A stretch of 62,949 nucleotides of DNA, counting the filler, from Squatina squatina (lineage: Eukaryota), in NCBI GenBank assembly GCA_031763465.1. It is 4 parts of 4 records of this genome, joined end to end, with 100 filler letters (N's around TTAATTAATTAA, not from the genome) between each part and the next. Parts side by side here need not be neighbours in the genome. Positions count along the whole stretch, not along the records: positions 12,943 to 26,621 come from JARFOE010000219.1; 3 more parts are not named here. One strand, 5' to 3'. The position numbers and the translations under genes are program-made. The notes beneath the pieces are model-generated. The model was not told where the DNA came from. It ran no database searches and saw only the letters and a list, made by a program, of their open reading frames with translations. Shown here piece after piece: positions 13,845 through 26,677 of the stretch. Each line of letters starts with the position of its first letter. Positions within the stretch are counted from its first letter, which is position 1.

Positions 13845-15844
13845 CTGCAGCAGAACAAAAATAAGTGTTTGAAGTGATACTTTCACCAGGTTATTTCATC
13901 AAGTGCCTAAATTAGCACAGTTTCTCACTCACACAGTCCAGAATGGTAGCAAATAAAAGTTCTGTCACCTTAGGTTTGTATAATGTATTTAATTGATCAA
14001 CTATTCCCCACCACCCCCACAAAATCTGAACCCCAACCCAAAACCATACCATAATATAATCCTAAGAGTCAGAAGGACACAGTAAAGGGCCTCATTGTCA
14101 TATTGGTTGGGAGCATAGGCAAGCAAGGGTCAGACAACTGGAGGACAAATAACAGGATTGCACAATATCTGTTTAAGTAACCACTGCAGATAATTGGGCA
14201 ACCTCACTATTTTCCACTCATTTTGCTCCAGATACCAGGGAACAGNNNNNNNNNNNNNNNNNNNNNNNNNNNNNNNNNNNNNNNNNNNNNNNNNNNNNNN
14301 NNNNNNNNNNNNNNNNNNNNNNNNNNNNNNNNNNNNNNNNNNNNNCTACCTGTGCTGGCCATTATTACGCCACAATTTGCATGACCTTCACGTGGCATTG
14401 CAAATCTGTGTCATGTGAACTTTGTAACACGAGCCTCCTAGTCGTGCTTGTACACTTGACGTCTATTGCAGGAAATTCAAACAGACAAGATGCAGTGAAG
14501 GAGATCTATAAGTAGACAAATAAAGAAGCAGATGCATTTAAATATTTGCTTTGCATGAAAGCAGAAATCATTTCCCCTTTTCTGAATAGCATGTAATTTG
14601 AAGTTGCCAGAGTGGAGATTTCATTTTCAACTGCTGATAAACTAGCTGACTGTTGGGCCCATGTTTCCATAGTTACCACCAGCCCAGTCAGCTGAGCATT
14701 GGAAATACATCAGGCCCTCCTGGTACAATGGAGGGAAACATTTTTCCTTCCACTTGCTGCTGCTACTATTATGGTAACAATAGCTGAATAATTCATCTCC
14801 AACAAGCGCACAGATTTCCTGCCAATTGTATTCAGATTACAGGGTTAATATTTTGAGCAGTTTCTTATTCCTGCCATATATTACATTTAAAAAGCTGCTT
14901 CTATGGTGCTAACTGGGGTAGCTCAATAGAATTACCAATGGTTTCAGTCAATTCAGCATCATCTGTGGTATTAAGATTAAAGTCTGCTCCCTGTTACTGG
15001 AACGGTGAAAAAGCATGAGTCACCGGTTTAGATTCACTATTGTAAAATCAACAGAAATGTTTTCAGTTGCAGTCAATGCCTCTTGGGAGGAACTAGGACT
15101 TTCTGTCACGGAGTACTCATAATCAACATTAATCGTTGTCAGAGCTTTCCAGTCTTGTTATCTGATCCTAAAATTTAGTCCATGAGGTGACTTGATTCAG
15201 GAAATTCCTCCTGAGTATAAGTAAGTGTACGTCCTCATCATTCTTGATGGAATTGCCTTAAAATATTAACATAATACAACTGTTCTAGCCTGTAGTAAAT
15301 CACCCTCCCTTGAGTGGCTCCATTGAAATCAGTCAGATCGCTTGTTGTTTCCAATTTCTTGAAATTATGTTTCTGCACTTCAGGCTTGTAAATTGAAGCA
15401 CAGCAGGTGGTGAAAAACAAATCTTAACCTATTGAATGAGTCACATGATATTCTTTATGGCACTTATTTGAAGGCTTTAGCTGTAAGGTTGTGTTTTGGT
15501 TTTGTAGACACAGTAATNNNNNNNNNNNNNNNNNNNNNNNNNNNNNNNNNNNNNNNNNNNNNNNNNNNNNNNNNNNNNNNNNNNNNNNNNNNNNNNNNNN
15601 NNNNNNNNNNNNNNNNNTCAAAGGGTGGTAGGCTAGAGTGAGTGAGCGGAGCAGAGAAATTAAGACAGCCGACATGATGTCGGCAGTGGGCAATGAAAAG
15701 ATCTAGAGAGGGTAAGAACCCAGAGGAGAGGGGTCCAGGTAGAGCGAGAATTCTGAAAACGGGAGAAAGGGTCAGCTGTGCGGGTGGAAGTGTCCAAGTG
15801 TTTACTTGGATGGTCTCCCTCCTGGCCCCCCCATCCTGCTCCCG

Positions 15845-16653
15845 TCACAAACTCCAGCTCATCCAAAATTCAGCTCCTTGCGCTCATACCTGCACCATCC
15901 AGTTTACCCATCACCCCTGTCCTAGCTGAACTACACTGGCTCCCAGTCCATCAGTCTCAAATGTAAAATTCTTATCCATGTCTTTCAATCTCTCCATGCC
16001 CTGGCCATTCTCTACTACCACTTCTCCAACTCTACAACCTCTCCTCTCCTGTCCACTGCTGTGACTTCAGCCTTTGTGCACTGCCCCTTCCCTTTGTCCT
16101 ACTCTTCCTATGCCTTACCATACATCATTGCCACCACCAAGACCGTCTATTTGTACCTCCGGAACATCGCCCGACTGCGCACCCACCTAAACTCATCTGC
16201 TGCTGACACCTTCATCCATGCCTTTGTTACCTCTTGACTTGGCTATTCCAACACACTCCTGTCTGGCCTCCCACGTTCTACCCTCCAGAAACTTGAAATC
16301 ATCCAAAACTCTGCTGCCTGTGTCCTAACTCGCACCAAGTCCCGTTCACCCATCACCCCTGTGCTCGCTGAGCTACATTGGCTCCCGGTTGAGCAACACC
16401 TCGTTTTTAAAATTCTCATCATTGTTTTCACATCCCTCCAAGGCTTTGCCCCTCCCTATATCTGTAATCTCCTTCAGCCCTACAACCCTCCGAGATATCT
16501 GTGCTCCTCTAATTCTGACCTCTTGAGCATCCCCAATTTTAATCACTCCACCATTGGCGGCCGTGCCTTCAGCTGCCTAGGCCCTAAACTCTGGAATTCC
16601 CTCACTAAACCTTTCTGCCTGTTTAATTCTCTTTCCTTTAAGATGATCCTTAA
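15845..16653 (+). mobile_element. Two tandem L2-clade LINE ORF2 C-terminal fragments
   Basis: KLQLIQNSA..PITPVLAELHWLPV occurs twice (about 15850-15960 and 16290-16390). The second continues FKILIIVF..LQPYNPPRYLCSS..IGGRAFSCLGPKLWNSL, the L2 C-terminus. Confidence 0.88.
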
Positions 16654-17165
16654 ANNNNNNNNNNNNNNNNNNNNNNNNNNNNNNNNNNNNNNNNNNNNNN
16701 NNNNNNNNNNNNNNNNNNNNNNNNNNNNNNNNNNNNNNNNNNNNNNNNNNNNNNTGAAGTGCAGACATGTGAAGAGTGTGTGGGCTCTGGAATGGTGAGA
16801 TTAGATTTCTTCGGTTGCCACCTTTAACCCAGCGGACCCGCACTCTGCCTGTGATCTGTGATTTTGCTCGATGCTTTTATCGCTTTAATTAGCCATCGCA
16901 TCAAGCTGGATTACGTGCGGATTGCTCCAGCTCTTCCGGGTCAGCAATACAGACCCAGGCATCTCCCAAACACAACCTCACCCCCCACAGCACAGCACGG
17001 CAGGTCGGAGCCTGTGGTGGATGTGTTGCACAATTCTAGCAAGCAGTGCAAACTAAACGCGCGCACACCACACAGACAGACACACAGGGGGACCCAGCAG
17101 ACGGGTGGTTTGTGCTTCCCAGCATCATGAAACAGATCGGCGGCGGCAGCAGCAGCCACAGCTAA

Positions 17166-17475
<310 letters not shown>

Positions 17476-18649
17476 NNNNNNNNNNNNNNNNNNNNNNNNN
17501 NNNNNNNNNNNNNNNNNNNNNNNNNNNNNNNNNNNNNNNNNNNNNNNNNNNNNNNNNNNNNNNNNNNNNNNNNNNGAACAAATAATAAATAAAAAAATGA
17601 AATGCAGAGGTGAACTGTGTGGATTGTGCTGGTCACCAACCAGTGGAGTGGGTACACAGAGGAAAAAGGGCAGTACCAAGCCATGCATTCCTTCCCTCTT
17701 CTTTCTTTTGAATATATCCTTGATTGCAAACAATGAAACGACTGAATATCACCAAAGAATAGAAATAACATACTCCTTTTCACCTATTTGAATAACAGAG
17801 TTCTAATCAGTGCAATGTAGTTGCAACAGCAACAGCAGTAACAATTGCATTCGCGATTAAACCCGCAGCACCTGCTGTGGGGAAGATTTCAGCCAACCTT
17901 TCAGTCTATTTAAAATGCTGCAATCTAGTCGATGAAGAGGTAAGTGTTCGTGGGTATAGTTTCCAGTCTCAAATTACTTTGCTCTATTCACTCTCTCACA
18001 GCAGCTGCAGAGCTTTTTGTTGGGTTGTAGACCGCTCCTTGCAGTATCAGTTTCAATGCTGAATTGCTCATCATCTCTTGGAATGCAGCCTATTCCACTT
18101 AAGTGGGCACCTGTTCAGCGCACGTCTCATTAATTTTGGCGGAAGGGTGATTTTGTTAAGTGGGTAATGTTCCTGTTTAAGTGTGAACCATTTGTAGTGC
18201 ATTGAACCAATGTGGCAATATTGAAAGCCTTCATTGTTACCTTTTGAAAATTCCTCCATTCATCATTCTTCTAAAGATATCTGTTTAAACACACTAAACG
18301 CTATAACTTATTGTCATTTTAACAGCCCCATTTAGAGTGCTTTTGCCAACACCAACACTGACTTTAGTGACAGCGCTGGAGAGTAAATGAGCCATCTTGA
18401 NNNNNNNNNNNNNNNNNNNNNNNNNNNNNNNNNNNNNNNNNNNNNNNNNNNNNNNNNNNNNNNNNNNNNNNNNNNNNNNNNNNNNNNNNNNNNNNNNNNN
18501 TTTTTTTGCGATTGAGGCATCCGCACGCAGGAAACCTCTAATCACAATTTCCGGCCCAAAGTTTTAACTGATGGCACTAAATAATGTGCAGAGCATGTAC
18601 ATGTATAGAATACTGCAGGTCCTTTTTCCACAATACATTATGTTCAACA

Positions 18650-18738
18650 CATCGTGAAAATTTGGGGGTCCAAAACAGACCCGCGTTGTACCGAGTTCCG
18701 CGCTATAGCGAGCCGTGTTATAGCGGAGCCCCAGTGTA
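18650..18738. mobile_element. Tc1/mariner (pogo/Tigger-like) non-autonomous element end with TA target site
   Basis: Reverse complement TA-cactggggctccgctataacacggctcgctatagcgcgg has repeated cgctataac/gc units typical of Tigger-like TIRs. It ends in TA next to a TA/GA microsatellite. Confidence 0.55.
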
Positions 18739-19061
18739 TATATAGAGAGCGAGGTGTATATGTGATATATATAGAGAGAGCGCGATCGTTCTATATAGAC
18801 AGAGATATAAATGTATGTGTACATACATGTGCGCATCTGCTTCCTTCTTGGCTGGGGAAAATAAACCTTGGAGAAGTTGAGAAGCCATTTTATAAAATCC
18901 GAAGCTGTGGCATGTGAACAACTCCACCGTGTCTTTTAGATTCTACCTCGAAAAAGTGAAAACTTTTAATGTTTCTGAACAAAACATGGCAGGGGAGGGG
19001 GGGGCAACCTTTACCCTTTAAACTGGTTCCTACGCTCCTCTCATAGTAGCCCTCTGGAGGG

Positions 19062-19268
19062 AGGAGCATCCCTGATTTCCTTCGCCCCACCATTGGCAGC
19101 TGTGCCCTCAGCTGCCTTGGCCCCAAACTCTGGAATTACGTCTCTACACCGCTCTCCTAATATTGCTTTATGTGGCTCTGTTTCAAATATTGTCTGATGG
19201 TGCTACTGTGAAGCACCTTGGGACTTCTTACTACGTTAAGGGCACTATATTACTGCAAGTTGTTGTTA
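19062..19268 (+). mobile_element. L2 LINE 3' end with (TGT)n tail
   Basis: ccaccattggcagctgtgccctcagctgcc..ctctggaatt..tgtgaagcaccttggga..tactacgttaagggcactat..gcaagttgttgtt. Same family as 55455-55912. Confidence 0.75.
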
Positions 19269-20544
19269 TCTAGCAATTCTTTTACAAGTGCGGATTCAAT
19301 GTTCAGACGGTTTGCGTTCAGCTGCAATATCCTTCCATAGTCAGGTAGGTGTCCACGTTTATTGCCCAGACTCAGACACATGAAACGGCCACTAGTGCTG
19401 GAACTGCAACTCAACGTGAGCCATTGCTTTCAGAAGAGTTTAGGAGAAGAGAATCAGAGGAAAAACTGGGGAGTGGGGATGCAGGAGTGGGGGAGCGGAG
19501 GAGAGAACTGCTTTAGAAATTCCCCTTGAATGTGCCTTAATTTTATTAATAAGATCTTTGAAATTGTCCACCTTATTTTGTAAATAATGCAGAATTCCCA
19601 TTTAATTATAAGACAGCACTGCTGAGACCTGTTAAGTCATTTGCTGGGGATCGCTCCTACCCATTATCCTTGTTGGTATTATAAGGCCAGGGTGGAGATA
19701 GTGATGGTTAATTTAATACTGGTAATCACTACTTTCAACAGCAAAGTTTAATAACATGGCATCAACATCACTTGCACCGCAGGCAAGCCAGGGACTGAAT
19801 GGCTTGAGTCTGATTCATTTTTATACAACTACCGTGTCAAATCTACATTTTACAATGGCACTGAGCATGCAGGTAGGAATTGCCAGTCCACGATAAAAGG
19901 TGACAGCTGCTTTGTTCTCACTTGGTGGGGTGGGGAAAGCTGTTTTTCTTTGTTGTTAATGGCGAAATGCATGGCTTTGGAATAGTCCGATTTCTCAGAA
20001 GACAATTTAATTAGCAGATTGTTAATTATAGAGAAAAACAGGCTTATTGTTCAAATTTTTTTTTGCAGCCTTGGGGCGGCCAATTAGGTTGTCCTGAGTT
20101 TCTGGCGTTAAGAGACGAATTGGTGAAGGCAAAGTTCAGGTCTTTGAACTCACTTTAAGGCCTACAATTTGACACTTAGAAAAAAAAATTCAGACACGCT
20201 TCAAAAAACGTGCTAATTTCAGCGCTAAAGGGCACTTACTTAGCGCTGATTATCTTACTTTATTTCAGCAGGAGAATTGTGGGACGGATCTAAGGAGCTG
20301 CTATCAAGTGGCAGGTCACCTCTGCCCTTAAAGGGGTTCATTCTGGAGACACAAGCAATACATAGATCAGTCAAATCATAGATCGTTGGTGGATTAGGAG
20401 GGTTTGTCTTGTCAACTGCTGTGCTTGGCAGACATAACCGTTGGNNNNNNNNNNNNNNNNNNNNNNNNNNNNNNNNNNNNNNNNNNNNNNNNNNNNNNNN
20501 NNNNNNNNNNNNNNNNNNNNNNNNNNNNNNNNNNNNNNNNNNNN

Positions 20545-20836
20545 GGTCGAGAACCAGGGGACACAGATTTAAGGTGATTGGCAAAAGAACCAAAGGCAAT
20601 ATGAGGAAAATCTTTTTTTACACAGCGAGTGGTTAGGATCTGGAATGCACTGGCTGAAAGGGTGGTGGAGGCAAACTCAATCATTGCTTTCAGAAGGGAG
20701 TTGGATAAATACCAGAACGAAAAAAAATTGTTGAGCAATGAGGAAAAGGGCGGGGCAGTGGGATTCGCGAAAGCAGAGAGCCGGCACGGGCTCGAAGGGC
20801 CAAATGGCCGCCTTCCGTGCAGTTATGATTCTATGA
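20545..20836 (+). mobile_element. CR1 LINE 3' end
   Basis: SRTRGHRFKVIGKR..VVRIWNALAERVVEA..FRRELDKY followed by the ggccaaatggcc..atgattctatga tail. Confidence 0.88.
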
Positions 20837-22054
20837 ATTTTCAGCATCTCACATACTTGCAACTTCCGTATAAATGGCCGAAATGTGCTGTATAAATAGC
20901 ATGCAGATCCTGTGCAATAATTGTAGATACCCAAGCCTGTGTCATAGGTAAGAATTTTTAGGAACAATGTAAAGGCCATTAGCCCAATAGCCCATCCCTT
21001 TTTGATTGACATTAGCCCCACTTTTCCACCTTCTCACGATATGCCTAGGTCCCTGTCTTCAGAAACACATCTAATTGACTCTGAACCCAATTGTACTGTT
21101 CATTCCAATTACCGTCCGTGGTACGATAATCCAGAAATTCATTATGCAAAACAAATTCCGACTGACTTTCTCTCTGACCCCAGCTTCCTAACAACTTGTG
21201 TCCTTTTCGCTCTGATGAATAATTTGCCCAGATGAAGTTCGCCTTCATATGAACAGTATTCCTTTATGTAAATTATTTTTCTCTAATGTTTGTTTTGGAT
21301 TTACTTTTCACCCTTTTAAATTTATGTCCTCTGGCCCTACTGGCATGAACGTGCCTCAAACAAATATTCTGGGTTTAACTCATCAGTACCATTTAATACT
21401 TCATGTGCTTGGATGAATCTTTATCCTGAAAATTTCAATTAGGTCAAGTAAGAATAGGTATTAGAAGGAAATTTTCCCATAAAGTATACGAACAACACAA
21501 ACAAAAGCAGTGACTAGTACCTGTGAAAGTGCTCAATAAATACTGCTTTAAACATGGCATNNNNNNNNNNNNNNNNNNNNNNNNNNNNNNNNNNNNNNNN
21601 NNNNNNNNNNNNNNNNNNNNNNNNNNNNNNNNNNNNNNNNNNNNNNNNNNNNNNNNNNNNCTGGCTGCGGCCTTGTGCCTCAGAACTTCTCACCTGACAA
21701 GCAGCCATCCTGTCAATCAATCAGGCCGGGTGTCGGGCAGGGAACCTGCTGAAAAAATGTAAAAGGCATCCTGCTGTTAATATTAGCAGGATGTCCATGA
21801 ATCTCATACTGCAGGTTTGCCATCTGGAACTCTTGCCCACTCCCCGGCTCCACTCTCTTCACAGCTCCGAGTAAATGACAGGGCCTATAGGGCCGATTAG
21901 GTATCTATCACCGTAATAGATACCTAAACAGGCAGAAGAAACTGGAGTTCTCGGAGGGTCACACTGAGACAGCCTGGTGAGATAGGTCTCTTAACAAATA
22001 CCTCCACAGCTTTTGAAACGCCCATACTGAATACCCCAGTGTACAGACTGTTGG

Positions 22055-22250
22055 ATTTTCAAGTAGATATTAGAAAGAACAACTTTACTCAAAGGTTGAT
22101 AAATGTTTGAAGTAATCTAGACAGGCACAGTTACCGTGACAAAAACATCAGGGGCATTCAAAAAGCAGTTGGATGCTGAGGCTAGAAGAGTTTAAACTCA
22201 ATAGGGATCAGCTTCAATGGGCCAAATAGCTTTTTTGCAACCTTGACCTA
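22055..22250 (+). mobile_element. Old CR1 3' fragment
   Basis: Degenerate version of the CR1 end (..cattcaaaaagcagttggatg..atgggccaaatagc). Confidence 0.5.
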
Positions 22251-23004
22251 TCTTATCTTCTTAAAGTCTGAAAGTCCAGAATCACTTCAGACAGTCAAGG
22301 AAGAGCACACAGCTTTTCAGTCACATCGTTTCCCAGGGCTATGAAGCTGCAGGGAATAAAGGTAAAAGAGAATGTAAGGTGAAGTCATGTTAATGAGACC
22401 AGTTGAAAGAATGTAAGAGAGAATGATTTCTTCCATTCCCCCGTTAATATGAGCAGGACATCCATGAATCTCCATTTCCCTCATGCACATCTCTGCAGTG
22501 GTTTCCACATACCTTGATATGCAGGCCTATACTGGGGAGGATAAATTGTGAGCTTTGCCTCTCCATATATCTTTGTGCAGGTGTATGACTTTGCCTGTCT
22601 GGTATTGATGTGGTAAGCAGTAAGCATCGGCCCTGTGCTGTTTTGTGGTTTGATCTGAGCTGAAGCATCACTTTTGCTTTTCACATCCTTGTGCTCCCCT
22701 GCACTGCGAAACACCAGCTGTAGTCCACGGAGTGTTTGGGAATACATTTCCTTTGGGCTGACCTGAATAGTTGGATGAAAGTGCCTCCAGGAGTAGGGGG
22801 TGGTTTTCTTGGATCTTTTTGCTGCATACTTCTGCCTGTGCTGTCACTGCTAATCATGATAAACAAGACACGAGGAATGATTAACTGCAGCATGCTGGAG
22901 AATGCTGAAATGCATTTTTGCTTTAGACATTACATTTTGCATTTTATGTATTTTACAAAATTCCCCCATGAAACTTAAGCCACTTTTATAGTTAACTTGA
23001 AGAA

Positions 23005-23102
23005 AGAAAAAAAAACGTGCACCTTTCGCGACCTCAGGACAACCCAAAGCACTGTACAGCCTATGAAGTACGTTGGAAGTGTAGTCACTGTTGTAACGTC
23101 GG
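23005..23102 (-). mobile_element. Deu-type SINE 3' tail (L2-derived)
   Basis: aagaaagaaa..cacctttcgcgacctcaggacaacccaaagcactgtacagcc..aagtgtagtcactgttgtaa. Same as the tail at 36005. Confidence 0.7.
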
Positions 23103-25608
23103 NNNNNNNNNNNNNNNNNNNNNNNNNNNNNNNNNNNNNNNNNNNNNNNNNNNNNNNNNNNNNNNNNNNNNNNNNNNNNNNNNNNNNNNNNNNNNNNNNN
23201 NNACTGGTGGGCTTTGTTTAGCCATCGACCTTATTCCCTGGATTGGATGCTTGCCTGCACGACACCAGCTCTGGTTCCTCAGCTGAGGAACTGCAGCAAT
23301 GCACACCGTTTGAAGTTTGGCATTTTGTGGAAGTGGAAATGGATTGGAAGAACGCGCCAGGCTGTGACGTCATTACAACACGTTGGGCAAGCTTTGTTAG
23401 GACATTTTTAATTGCTCTGCTTGTTAAAGAACGTAAAACATTTAAATAGTCCCATTTTAATGACCGTTAACAAAAGTTTACTGAAAAACGTGGAGTGTGT
23501 CATTCTTCAGGAATGGGGAGAGAAGTGCTTTTACAATGACATCACAACTATCCCACAAAATGGTCAACTCCAAATGTCCTGATTGAAAATTGGGTGAAAG
23601 AGATTATCTCAAAACAGTGGGTTTGGTAGACAGAATCTAAAACATTTGAGCAGTCTTGTATATTTGCACTGTCAGTTAACCTTTACTCGGTAAAGGTTTA
23701 GGGATGGAGGGGAAGGTTGAGAGTTGCTGCTTATTTAACTAAGTCTTGTTTAAAATAATACACATGAATCATTATATTAAGATTTTAAAAAAACTTGTAC
23801 AGACAATGTGAGAAAACAAAGTATCTACTATTATCAAGTTTGATAAATGTGCTTTAAATTAAAATATATAACTATTACTGAAGTGGAATTAGATTTGATG
23901 TGACACAAGCATTGAGCTGAGTGCAATGGCAAAAGCAAAGTGGAAGAAGAGCATAAAAATGGTTTGCAAAACTGCAAAGAAGTGTTGAACCCTGAGATTA
24001 CACCACAGTGTACAAACACTTAATGCGCTTGTCTCAAGTTCCTCCGTCAGCTATTTTTGTAATGACATTAAACAATTAGTAAGAAAAAAAATGCATTTGG
24101 AAGCTGGAGAACTGAGAGAGAGGGAGAAAGGAAGTGCTACAGCTTGCCAAAAAAGAAACTTCCACAAAGAGGTGGGTGTTTTAGGTCTAACCGATAAACT
24201 TTGTTTCCATAGCAATAGATCCCATTAGCAGCAGCACAAAAAATATAGATGTGTGTTCTAACACATTAGACCTTGAATATCTTGTGGCCTGAGGGTGTTT
24301 AATATATCCACTAACTGTGAGACTTTGCGTGTTAGTTAACACTTACAATTTCATTAATAAGTTATTGACTTTGTACTGTTTTAATGATTTACTAGGACAC
24401 TGTTTCTCTCTATTCTATCAGGCACAATGCAGATGAGAGTGCAAAATGAACAACTCATTCATGAAATTTCAAGTGTTGNNNNNNNNNNNNNNNNNNNNNN
24501 NNNNNNNNNNNNNNNNNNNNNNNNNNNNNNNNNNNNNNNNNNNNNNNNNNNNNNNNNNNNNNNNNNNNNNNNNNNNNNCCCCTACTCACATCAAAAAACC
24601 TGTGGAAGAGCGACCACAGTTCAGGCAGGAAAGATGAGACTGTTTGGTACACAGATCCAGAAATGTTGGCCCAACAGGATGACACGCAGATCACTGGGGA
24701 AAAAAACGCACAAATATGAATACTTTGTGTTCGGCCGCTGTGGTGGGATCTGTGCAAGATTTGCGAGTGTGATAAGAAGCTTTGAATTGTATGTTCGCCT
24801 CGCAGACAGTGGTGTCTATTTCAAGACTGCTGAGTCTCTCAACCTTTATTAGACCGGAATGTGGGTTTCAACAGAACAAATTTCTTCTCCCCCCTTCCCT
24901 CATCTGCTGCTTTTGTCATCTTTCTGGGGAAAACAATAGACTTGCAGAGGGGAAAAAGAATCAAATGTTACTGGAGATTGTAGAAATACAGGCATGGCTT
25001 AATATGTCTTCATGTGGGACTACTTATAGCTTATTGGGAAGTGCATAAATCTGAATTGATCATGCTTTTAGCATTTGCTAACGTGCTTGCCTTGAAACTT
25101 GTTTAAATAGGTTACAACACAGGAGAATACAGACAATGTTTTTGTACTAACGGATGCAACTTGAACTTAGCCTCGACTCGCAGTAACATGATTCTAAGCT
25201 ACGTCAAAGTCAACGAGGATGGGGATACATACAGTAGATGATGAGATTTGGGAGCAAGGTGAATGAAACCCCACTGAATCGAGCTGCTGTTTTGCTGTTG
25301 AGAGAATGAATTTATGGATCTTGGATCTAAGTNNNNNNNNNNNNNNNNNNNNNNNNNNNNNNNNNNNNNNNNNNNNNNNNNNNNNNNNNNNNNNNNNNNN
25401 NNNNNNNNNNNNNNNNNNNNNNNNNNNNNNNNNNNNNNNNNNNNNNNNNNNNNNNNNNNNNNNNNNNNNNNNNNNNNNNNNNNNNNNNNNNNNNNNNNNN
25501 NNNNNNNNNNNNNNNNNNNNNNNNNNNNNNNNNNNNNNNNNNNNNNNNNNNNNNNNNNNNNNNNNNNNNNNNNNNNNNNNNNNNNNNNNNNNNNNNNNNN
25601 NNNNNNNN

Positions 25609-25952
25609 GAGTCCTTGCCTGAATGGTAGAAAGGGAGGGAGCCCTGGCCTTTCCTCCACAGTGCCACTGCTGCTAAGGCAGGAGTCCAGATTGGATGGCG
25701 TTTCAGTGCTAGAGCTATTGACAGGGGAGTTACTGCGCGTTTTGCTGGGTGAGACAAACCACCACGGGTCTAACCGTTGGCGGTTTGCAGACGGACGTGG
25801 CCTTGGTACAAATTCCAGTGTCTTGGGTCTTTCCAGCGTGAAGTCTTGCTTTGTGTTCCTTCGTCTCGGAGTGGGAGGAAAGACCAGGTTTGGGTCTGGC
25901 AAGCGAGGAACTTCTGTTGGATCCCTGTTAGGGCTCGGAGTTTTACCGATAC
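25609..25952 (-). CDS. MAP3K9: Mixed lineage kinase 1 (MAP3K9), last coding exon, 3' part lost in a gap
   Basis: Acceptor ttttttttaag at 25954-25953. Reads IGKTPSPNRDPTEVPRLPDPNLVFPPTPRRRNTKQDFTLERPKTLEFVPRPRPSANRQRLDPWWFVSPS..SSSTETPSNLDSC..VEERPGLP, nearly identical to the MAP3K9 C-terminus. Convergent with TTC9 as in mammals. Confidence 0.95.
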
Positions 25953-26665
25953 CTTAAAAAAAATAAGACATGTTAATCCCTTCCAACTAAGCATTTGTTT
26001 TAGGTTTTTCCTCCCTTCCATTCCAACGACCACCAATCATATAGATATAGCAGGTTATGAAAAGGGGTCATTAAATTGGTTTCTCCAACAGGGGCTAACT
26101 GGGTGGAACCCATGTTGAAGTTGGTTTTACATGGCCTATGGAGAGTGATTTAATGGGCTATTTCTTGTTCCAAGCTTCCTTATGCTCATATCTGGTGAAG
26201 AAAGGTATTCAGGTTATGAAGTAAATCAACCTCAGTGATTACGTGCTGGCTTAAAACTAGCACAGAAAGTGCGTCTCCAAATGGTGAGTTTTTTTTATAT
26301 AATAAAACACTATTACAGCTTTCATTTGACAGTGTTATCAATAGTCACCAGGGACAGACCAAAGCCCTGTTACTTATGAAGAAGAGCCATGCTTTCCAGC
26401 CATTTGCGTCAGCAAAAAGTCATGTCAAAGCGACTGAACTGTTAAGGATAAAAGAGGATTTCTAGAGGAAACAATACATCTTAAAAGAATCTCTTTGTTC
26501 TATTCCCCCAAGATTCCATTGCTTTACAATATAATACGGCACACATTTTTCCTGTTGTTCATTGTAATTGATTTCTCAATAATGTTTGCTTAAGCAACAA
26601 TGACACAATCATTAATCCTTCNNNNNNNNNNNNNNNNNNNNNNNNNNNNNNNNNNNNNNNNNNNN

Positions 26666-26677
26666 TTAATTAATTAA
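26666..26677. other. Artificial six-frame-stop scaffold linker TTAATTAATTAA
   Basis: N44-TTAATTAATTAA-N44. Separates the MED6/TTC9/MAP3K9 block from the CCND2/TIGAR/FGF23 block. Confidence 0.97.

Noticed and set aside
15668-15684. Palindrome gccgacat-g-atgtcggc between MED6 and TTC9
   Set aside because: A short isolated inverted repeat with no supporting context. It could occur by chance or within a repeat.
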